A stretch of 13,155 nucleotides of DNA from contig JALTXX010000013.1 of the NCBI GenBank assembly GCA_027046625.1, forward strand, positions 1 through 13,155, in the 5' to 3' direction. Every line of letters starts with the position of its first letter. Within the stretch, counting starts at the first letter, position 1. Positions 7,624 to 13,155 of this stretch are shown in pieces. The DNA comes from Candidatus Micrarchaeota archaeon (lineage in GTDB: Archaea > Iainarchaeota > Iainarchaeia > JAADDC01). The notes below the pieces were generated by a model, which saw only the letters and a list, made by a program, of their open reading frames with translations, had not been told where the DNA came from and made no database searches. The position numbers were made by a program, and so were the translations under genes.

Positions 7624-7713
7624 TTGAATGGAATGTATTGTTTCATGGAGTATAACCTTCCCTATCTATCATCTAGTGTAATGAAATACGCATCATTTTT
7701 ACCTCCAGGAGAC

Positions 7714-7941
7714 ATGGGAACCCTTTTGCTTGGGATGATTTTGGCTGTGGCCGCTATTGTGCTTGTGTTTATCCTAAAGAGAGTGCTAGAAAACCTTGTA
7801 ATAGGAGTAATTGGGTTTCTACTACTAAAATTTGTACTGGGTGTAAACATACCGCTTATACCAGGTCTCATTATATCTCTGGTCTTTGGTTTAGGAGGAT
7901 TGGCAGTACTTCTCATCCTTCATTTCTTTGGTGTCCTATGA
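7714..7941 (+). CDS. Small membrane protein, BofA-like family (75 aa)
   Basis: ATG 7714 preceded by AGGAG; three hydrophobic segments with the pattern LKRVLENLVIGVIGFLLL..GVNIPL..FGLGGLAVLLIL. The ORF-track extension to 7510 overlaps the wHTH gene. Confidence 0.75.
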   Translation: MGTLLLGMILAVAAIVLVFILKRVLENLVIGVIGFLLLKFVLGVNIPLIPGLIISLVFGLGGLAVLLILHFFGVL

Positions 7942-7981
7942 TTTTACCACAAGGCGGTTGTAGAGAGAGGAAGAACCTACT

Positions 7982-7987
7982 TTTAAA
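7982..7987 (+). promoter_or_regulatory. TATA box of ppsA
   Basis: TTTAAA starting 27 nt before ATG 8009; no SD present. Confidence 0.65.
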
Positions 7988-8008
7988 TCATGCATTCCAA
8001 ATAAAGGC

Positions 8009-10279
8009 ATGCACGTAGTGTGGATCAAGGATGTAAGGAAGGATGATGTATCTCTTGTTGGCGGGAAGGGAGCAAACTTAGGAGAATTGATAAACGCAGG
8101 CTTGCCTGTGCCTCCCGGATTTATAGTTACGTCCGAGGCATTCTTCGAATTTTTAAAAGAAAGTGGTTTAGGGGATAGAATTTATCCTCTTCTTGATGAG
8201 GTTGATGTAGAAGACACAAAACAGCTCCAAGAAGTGTCAAAACAGATTATGGGAATGATAGAGGAGGCTACTATTCCCTCCCACATTGCTAGAAGTGTTT
8301 CCACCTTCTATAGAGGGCTTTCCAAAAAATATGGAAGAGGAAAGGATGTGTGGGTCGCTGTAAGATCCTCCGCCACGGCAGAGGATCTGCCAGAGGCATC
8401 CTTTGCAGGTCAGCAAGCAACATTTCTCTTTGTTAGAGGAGAAGAGGAACTTCTGAAGCATGTAAAAAAGTGCTGGGCATCACTGTTTACAGCAAGAGCT
8501 ATATACTACAGAACAAAACAAGGATTCCCCCATAGAAAGGTAGGTATAGCTGTGGTGGTTCAGAAGATGATAAACTCAGAGGTTTCTGGGGTAATGTTTA
8601 CAGCCCATCCAGTTGATGGCTCTCCTAAAATAATTATAGAGGCTGCTTGGGGACTGGGAGAAGCTGTTGTATCGGGAAGAGTAACCCCGGATGAGTATGT
8701 GGTGGACAAGGAATCTATGAAGATTCTGGAGAAGAGGGTAGCAGAGCAGGATATTATGATAGTACAAAAGCCAGAGGGAGGAACAGAGGAGGTAAAGGTT
8801 CCTCCGGAGAGGAGAAAGGTTCAAAAGCTGCCAGATGAGAAGATTCTGGAGTTGGCGGAAATAGGAAAGCGCATAGAGGAACACTATTCATTCCCTCAGG
8901 ATGTAGAGTGGGCCCTAGAGGAAGGAACCCTCTATATTGTACAGTCAAGGGCTATTACTACCATAGGAAAGAAGGTGGAGTCTAATACTACAGCGGAGGG
9001 AGAGCCTGTTTTGAAAGGGTTGCCTGCATCGCCCGGAATAGCCACCGGAAAGGTTAGGATAGTGCTGGATCTCTCCGATCTCTACAAAGTCAAGGAAGGG
9101 GATATACTTGTTACTACCATGACATCCCCTGATATGGTACCTGCCATGGAGAGAGCTGCTGCTATCATAACGGATGAAGGAGGAATGACGTCTCATGCAG
9201 CCATTGTATCGAGGGAACTTGGTATTCCGGCGGTGGTAGGGACAGGTAATGCAACCAAAATACTGAGGGATGGCGAAGTTGTTACTGTGGATGCGTATAA
9301 GGGTGTTATATACAGAGGGAAGGTTGAGAAGGAGGATGTGGAGAGGAAGAAGCAGGTGGAAGTGATAAGAAGTGCCATTGCACTACCTACTGCCACCTTG
9401 GTGAAAGTTAACGTGGCACTACCTGAAGCAGCTGAGAGAGCTGCCCAAACAGGTGCGGATGGAGTAGGACTGTTACGAGCTGAACATATGATAACGGCCA
9501 CAGGTAAACACCCCGCTTGGTTTGTGTACAATGATAAATTGGAGGATCTTGTGCATGCAGTTTATAAGGGTATAAAAGTTGTCGCCTCTAAGTTTCATCC
9601 AAAACCTGTATGGTATAGGACATTTGATGCCAGAACAGACGAGTTTAGGCATTTGAAGGGAGGAGAAAAGGAACCAGAGGAAGATAATCCTATGTTGGGG
9701 TGGCATGGCATAAGGAGATCCCTGGAACAGAAGGAAATACTCTCCTCAGAGTTCGAGGCCATAAAGATGTTATACGAGGAGGGAATGGATAACGTAGGTG
9801 TTATGATACCCTTTACCATTTCCGTAGATGAATACATTGCTACAAAGAGGATTGCAAAAAAGGTAGGTCTTATTCCCCATAAAATGGTAGATTTTGGTAT
9901 TATGGTGGAGACACCTGCAGCAGCCCTCACAATAAAGGATTATATAAGGGCAGGTATTGACTTTTTATCCTTTGGAACAAACGATCTTACCCAGTTAACA
10001 CTAGGTATTGACAGAAACAATGAAAGGATCCAACATCTCTTTAACGAGAAGCACCCCGCCGTTTTGAAACTTATCAAATATGTGATAGAGCATGCAAAAC
10101 CACATGGAGTGGAGACATCCATTTGTGGTCAGGCGGGTTCCGATCCAGAAATGGTGAGAAAGCTGGTAAGAATGGGAATAGATAGTGTTTCCGCGAATAT
10201 TGATGCCGTCCAAAAGATAAGAGAGGTTGTATATAGGGAAGAAAGAAGAATAATGTTGGAGGCTGCCAGAAAGCTCTAA
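8009..10279 (+). CDS. ppsA: Phosphoenolpyruvate synthase (pyruvate, water dikinase)
   Basis: VGGKGANLGEL, VAVRSSATAEDLPEASFAGQQ, phospho-His motif GGMTSHAAIVSRELG, GVGLLRAE, SFGTNDLTQ, ICGQA. Confidence 0.97.
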   Translation: MHVVWIKDVRKDDVSLVGGKGANLGELINAGLPVPPGFIVTSEAFFEFLKESGLGDRIYPLLDEVDVEDTKQLQEVSKQIMGMIEEATIPSHIARSVSTFYRGLSKKYGRGKDVWVAVRSSATAEDLPEASFAGQQATFLFVRGEEELLKHVKKCWASLFTARAIYYRTKQGFPHRKVGIAVVVQKMINSEVSGVMFTAHPVDGSPKIIIEAAWGLGEAVVSGRVTPDEYVVDKESMKILEKRVAEQDIMIVQKPEGGTEEVKVPPERRKVQKLPDEKILELAEIGKRIEEHYSFPQDVEWALEEGTLYIVQSRAITTIGKKVESNTTAEGEPVLKGLPASPGIATGKVRIVLDLSDLYKVKEGDILVTTMTSPDMVPAMERAAAIITDEGGMTSHAAIVSRELGIPAVVGTGNATKILRDGEVVTVDAYKGVIYRGKVEKEDVERKKQVEVIRSAIALPTATLVKVNVALPEAAERAAQTGADGVGLLRAEHMITATGKHPAWFVYNDKLEDLVHAVYKGIKVVASKFHPKPVWYRTFDARTDEFRHLKGGEKEPEEDNPMLGWHGIRRSLEQKEILSSEFEAIKMLYEEGMDNVGVMIPFTISVDEYIATKRIAKKVGLIPHKMVDFGIMVETPAAALTIKDYIRAGIDFLSFGTNDLTQLTLGIDRNNERIQHLFNEKHPAVLKLIKYVIEHAKPHGVETSICGQAGSDPEMVRKLVRMGIDSVSANIDAVQKIREVVYREERRIMLEAARKL

Positions 10280-11382
10280 CCTTCTAACACAACTACTTCC
10301 ACCCCTTCTGGAGGCTTCTGTAGTATTTTCTTCACTCCTACAATCTTTTTTACCCCTCTCCCCTTTGCGAGGGAAGCTAGTCTGCTTGTTATGATGCCAT
10401 CCATAACTATGGTATGTATGTTTTCTGCTTCTTCTAGCGTATTTTTTAGCTCTCTTACCATGGTTTCCCCTATTACGTTTCCTTTTTCATCTATTAACAG
10501 AGCCTTTAGAGTACCCTTTATCTCTTTTAGTTTTTCAATCAACGGATCAGCCTCGGAGGGTTCCTCCCTTTTCTCTACTGGTGTCTTTCTTCTGAGTGCT
10601 TTGAGTATCTCTTTCTGGGTGAGTTCTTCCACTTCTTTTCCATCGGGAGCCCTTGCAATATAGTCTACATCCATGTTTTCTAGTGCCATCTTTATGATTA
10701 GATCTCCCCCTCTGTCTCCGTCTACAAAGAGTGTTACCACCTTTTTCTTTGATAGCTCCTTCAGTGTATTGGGCACCCTGTTTCCATTCATTGCAATTAC
10801 ATTTCTTATGCCGTGTTTGAGAAGGTTAAGCACGTCGGCTCTGCCTTCCACCACTATTATTTCCTCTGATTCATCTATCTCTGGGCCAGCTGGTAGCTTA
10901 TCTTCCCCATACTCTACAATCTCAGCCTTTCTCAGCTCTTCCTTCACCTGATTAATAAATTCCTTTGAATCTGGAATTTCTTCCTCCATCATCCTCCTTA
11001 GGAGCTCCTTGGCCCTCTCTACTACATACCTTCTCTTGGATGATCTCACATCCTCTATCTTTTCTACCTTCATGGAAGCCTCTGTTGGCCCTATCCTATC
11101 GATGGTCTCTAGAGCAGCGGCTATTATGGCTGTTTCTACCATGCCTAGTCCAGAGGGTACTATTACCTCTCCTACAGTGGATCCATTCTTTCTCTCTAGC
11201 TTAGCCTCGATCCTTCCTATTCTTCCCGTTTTTTGTAGCTCTCTAAGATCAAGTTCCTCTCCTAGTAGACCCTCGGTCTGACCGAAAATGGCTCCTATGA
11301 CGTCTGGCTTTTCTACCATGCCCCTTGCCTCTAACCTTGCCTTTATAAGGTACTTTACGGAATCTACGTAGATCTTCCCCAT
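10276..11382 (-). CDS. dnaG: Archaeal DnaG (bacterial-type primase homolog, exosome-associated)
   Basis: VEKPDVIGAIFGQTEGLLGEELDLRELQKTGRIGRI; Toprim motifs VVEGRADV and DGDRGG; DGKEVEEL. Start MGK at 11382 is 6 nt after SD GGAGGTG (11395-11389). Confidence 0.96.
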   Translation of the reverse strand: MGKIYVDSVKYLIKARLEARGMVEKPDVIGAIFGQTEGLLGEELDLRELQKTGRIGRIEAKLERKNGSTVGEVIVPSGLGMVETAIIAAALETIDRIGPTEASMKVEKIEDVRSSKRRYVVERAKELLRRMMEEEIPDSKEFINQVKEELRKAEIVEYGEDKLPAGPEIDESEEIIVVEGRADVLNLLKHGIRNVIAMNGNRVPNTLKELSKKKVVTLFVDGDRGGDLIIKMALENMDVDYIARAPDGKEVEELTQKEILKALRRKTPVEKREEPSEADPLIEKLKEIKGTLKALLIDEKGNVIGETMVRELKNTLEEAENIHTIVMDGIITSRLASLAKGRGVKKIVGVKKILQKPPEGVEVVVLEG

Positions 11383-11734
11383 TAACATCACCTCCCTTAA
11401 CATCTTCCACATGTTTTACCCCAAATATTGCATAGAAACGCCTCCTGAGGCGTTCATCAACTCTTATATCCATAGAAAGCAGGAGCATACGCATGCTCCT
11501 ATTGAGTTCCTCCCCCCTTCTATCCATATCTGTTAGTATTACTGCTCTTCTTATGCCCATGTTGTATAGCATCTCCGCAAGTTCTGGCAGCCCCTTTGCA
11601 TCCTTCAGTGTTACAATCCTTCTGATTCCTAACTCTCTTAATGCCTCTCTATCCCTCTTGCCCTCTACCACTATGCAAAAGTCCTCTCTTGTATCTGATA
11701 GTTCTTCCAGAAGTTTTTCCATTTCTGTTAGCAT
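11249..11734 (-). CDS. Small Toprim-domain protein (RNase M5-like/UPF0292 type)
   Basis: IVVEGKRDREAL, VILTDMDRRGEEL, KHVED. ATG 11734 follows GGTG (11722 is an alternative). The frame runs 134 nt into dnaG. Confidence 0.88.
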   Translation of the reverse strand: MLTEMEKLLEELSDTREDFCIVVEGKRDREALRELGIRRIVTLKDAKGLPELAEMLYNMGIRRAVILTDMDRRGEELNRSMRMLLLSMDIRVDERLRRRFYAIFGVKHVEDVKGGDVNGEDLRRFRKVPYKGKVRGKGHGRKARRHRSHFRSDRGSTRRGT

Positions 11735-11755
11735 GAGGAACACCACAGGGGGAGG

Positions 11756-11812
11756 TGTGCTGCGCCCTGTTGACCGGTGTTCATGTCATCCGCCGGCCAC
11801 CCGGGGCGCAGC
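11756..11812 (-). ncRNA. Single-hairpin archaeal box H/ACA pseudouridylation guide RNA
   Basis: Minus strand reads GCUGCGCCC-CGGGUGG-CCGG-CGGAUGACAUGAACA-CCGG-UCAACA-GGGCGCAGC-ACA: perfect 9-bp lower stem, internal pocket, GC upper stem, apical loop with GAUGA..UGA (K-loop-like), ACA directly after the stem and 14-15 nt from the pocket top; TTTAAA about 30 nt upstream. Confidence 0.8.
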
Positions 11813-11837
11813 TATTTAGGTATTGGGCACCAAAGGA

Positions 11838-11843
11838 TTTAAA
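11838..11843 (-). promoter_or_regulatory. TATA box for the H/ACA RNA (and probably toprim-dnaG)
   Basis: Palindromic TTTAAA; too close to the hjc start (11854) to serve it, and correctly spaced for a minus-strand start near 11813-11815. Confidence 0.6.
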
Positions 11844-11853
11844 GGTGAGTGGT

Positions 11854-12216
11854 GTGTACCGCAAGGGTGTGAGGGCTGAAAGAGAATTGGTGGATATGCT
11901 GTGGAGAAAGGGGTTTGCGGTGGTTAGAGCAGCTGGATCAGGAAACATGTACTCCCCAGATGTTATAGCTATAAAAGATGGAAAAGTGTTAGCTTTTGAG
12001 TGTAAAAGCTGGAAGAGGGAAGAGGTATACATTGAAGAAGATCAGTTTAGAAAGATGAGTGAGTGGCAACGAAGGAGCGGTGCCCTTCTTTACATTGCAT
12101 GGAAGTACCCAAGAAAGGGATGGTTATTTATACCGTTTTCCCTCTTGAGGAGGAGAGGAAGTAAATATGTTATATCTTGGGAGGAGGGGAAGCTATTGGG
12201 CAGAAATGTTCTTTAG
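11854..12216 (+). CDS. hjc: Archaeal Holliday junction resolvase Hjc (120 aa)
   Basis: GTG start at 11854 after SD GGTGA (11844-11848); MYRKGVRAERELV, GFAVVRAAGSG, PDVIA, FECKS (PD-(D/E)XK motif). Confidence 0.93.
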   Translation: MYRKGVRAERELVDMLWRKGFAVVRAAGSGNMYSPDVIAIKDGKVLAFECKSWKREEVYIEEDQFRKMSEWQRRSGALLYIAWKYPRKGWLFIPFSLLRRRGSKYVISWEEGKLLGRNVL

Positions 12217-12924
12217 CCAGTCATAGGTTTTACTCAATTCTCCCCTTTGAAACCTTCTTAAAAGATCTATGGCAGCTCTTCTCTCATCTGGGATACCACC
12301 CCTCAGGAAAAATCCTTTCTCCCTTGCATACTCCTCAAGATCTTTATGGGGAAGCTCTCCCATGGCATGAAGGTTAGTTAGGAGGATATGGGCTGCAAGC
12401 TCTGGATTCTTGGAGGAGGAGGGGTCCTTTCCCCCCACCAATAGTAGAAAAGTTTCGTCCCTGTTTTCTACGACTCCCGGTGTGTCAATAAGGAAAACGT
12501 CTCTTGATAGGCGAACCAGTTGTTTTCCCCTTGTAAATCCGGGCCTCGGAGATACCCCAGATACGTGTCTGCCTACAAGTACATTTATAAGGGATGATTT
12601 TCCCACGTTTGGATACCCCACCACTCCCACATATGTGGGTTTGTGAGTCCTTCTCTCCTTTATGGTATTTCTGAGTATCCTTGTGCCCCATCTTTCTTTA
12701 GTGGATACAAACACCGTAGGAAAATCCTTTGAAAGGATTTTTTTCCAGCTCTCTGCATATTCTTTTGGAATGAGATCAGCCTTGTTCAAAACAATTATAA
12801 GGGGTTTTCCCGTTCTTTCTGCATAGCGTTCCACCATCTTTACCCTTGTAAGGTCGGGAAACCTTGCATCCACCACCTCAAGGATGAGATTGCTGCGTGA
12901 GAGTACCTCCCTTAATACCTTCAT
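12193..12924 (-). CDS. Circularly permuted ribosome-biogenesis GTPase, RbgA/YlqF family (243 aa)
   Basis: EVVDAR, G4 NKAD, G5 FVST, G1 GYPNVGKSS, G2 PGFT, G3 DTPG in permuted order. Start MKVLREV at 12924; the ORF-track extension is antisense to the tRNA. Confidence 0.93.
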   Translation of the reverse strand: MKVLREVLSRSNLILEVVDARFPDLTRVKMVERYAERTGKPLIIVLNKADLIPKEYAESWKKILSKDFPTVFVSTKERWGTRILRNTIKERRTHKPTYVGVVGYPNVGKSSLINVLVGRHVSGVSPRPGFTRGKQLVRLSRDVFLIDTPGVVENRDETFLLLVGGKDPSSSKNPELAAHILLTNLHAMGELPHKDLEEYAREKGFFLRGGIPDERRAAIDLLRRFQRGELSKTYDWLKNISAQ

Positions 12925-12948
12925 AGTGATGTTTAAGTGATATAATTG

Positions 12949-12954
12949 CTTTAA
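12949..12954 (-). promoter_or_regulatory. TATA-like box for a leaderless GTPase transcript
   Basis: TTAAAG on the minus strand starting 30 nt before ATG 12924, abutting the tRNA 5' end. Confidence 0.5.
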
Positions 12955-13029
12955 GGCCCCGTGGCCTAGCCTGGATAGGGCGTCGCCTTCCGGAGGCGAA
13001 GGTCGGGGGTTCAAATCCCCCCGGGGCCG
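12955..13029 (+). tRNA. tRNA-Arg(CCG), no intron, CCA not encoded
   Basis: Acceptor GGCCCCG/CGGGGCC with discriminator G; D arm GCCT-AGCCTGGATA-GGGC; anticodon stem TCGCC/GGCGA with loop TT-CCG-GA (12990-12992); T arm GGGGG-TTCAAAT-CCCCC. Confidence 0.97.
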
Positions 13030-13041
13030 TTAACCCTGCAC

Positions 13042-13050
13042 TTTTTAATA
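13042..13050 (+). terminator. Oligo-T terminator of the tRNA, overlapping a TATA-like TTTAATA
   Basis: TTTTT at 13042-13046; TTTAAT at 13044 begins 29 nt before ATG 13073. Confidence 0.5.
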
Positions 13051-13072
13051 TCACAGCCGCAATTATACACCT

Positions 13073-13155
13073 ATGAACACCATCATCTCACCCCTTCTCA
13101 TTCTCCTCATCGTAGTAGCCTCCTCCCTCTTCCTCTACAACACCGTCATCTCCTC
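13073..13155 (+). CDS. 5' fragment of a membrane or secreted protein
   Basis: MNTIISPLLILLIVVASSLFLYNTVIS, open to the window edge, with a TATA-like box at the usual spacing. A minus-strand frame ending at 13088 (..GDDGVVEEEGGGYYDEENEKG*) cannot be excluded. Confidence 0.5.
   Translation, partial: MNTIISPLLILLIVVASSLFLYNTVIS

Noticed and set aside
7625-7700. Possible C/D box sRNA (AUGAUG, GAUGAU on the minus strand)
   Set aside because: No complete RUGAUGA and no CUGA D box at suitable spacing.
7510-7713. 143-aa version of the BofA-like ORF
   Set aside because: It overlaps the wHTH gene on the opposite strand; the hydrophobic family pattern starts at ATG 7714.
11756-11812. Hairpin read as terminator, SECIS, SRP RNA or tRNA fragment
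   Set aside because: It lies between divergent genes with no U-tract; no in-frame UGA selenoprotein is nearby; no SRP helix-8 motif or cloverleaf. The ACA position and pocket fit H/ACA better.
11755-11853. 33-aa N-terminal extension of Hjc
   Set aside because: It is antisense to the H/ACA RNA; the conserved MYRKG start with SD is at 11854.
1561-12691. Remaining short antisense or off-frame ORFs inside the long genes
   Set aside because: Ser/Phe/Pro-rich mirror translations of AG-rich coding strands, with no motifs or expression signals.
12925-13014. N-terminal extension of the GTPase
   Set aside because: It overlaps the tRNA antisense, and a TATA sits 30 nt before ATG 12924.
1-13155. CRISPR array, IS element, integrase, intein or defence system
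   Set aside because: No spaced direct repeats, transposase or recombinase motifs were seen; ppsA, dnaG and the GTPase have normal lengths; the Toprim and PD-(D/E)XK genes are housekeeping types.

Overview
Compact, AG-rich archaeal chromosomal window, probably from a thermophilic DPANN-type archaeon (inferred from archaeal DnaG and Hjc, TATA-box leaderless genes, a CCA-less GC-rich tRNA and overlapping gene ends). The left half (1-7000) is a cell-surface locus. A large secreted DUF2341 protein, missed by the ORF track, runs on the minus strand from 1235 off the left edge. Divergent from it are a 224-aa secreted protein, a CWB2-like membrane-anchored protein, a membrane-anchored paralog of the 224-aa protein and a LEA_2-like repeat protein. 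The right half is housekeeping: wHTH protein, BofA-like membrane protein, ppsA, dnaG, small Toprim protein, hjc, RbgA/YlqF-like GTPase and tRNA-Arg(CCG). The two best leads are a candidate surface filament/lattice system (soluble subunit plus anchored paralog sharing an invariant 9-residue strand) and an unannotated box H/ACA guide RNA heading the toprim-dnaG unit. All family calls come from motif recognition by eye; no searches were run.
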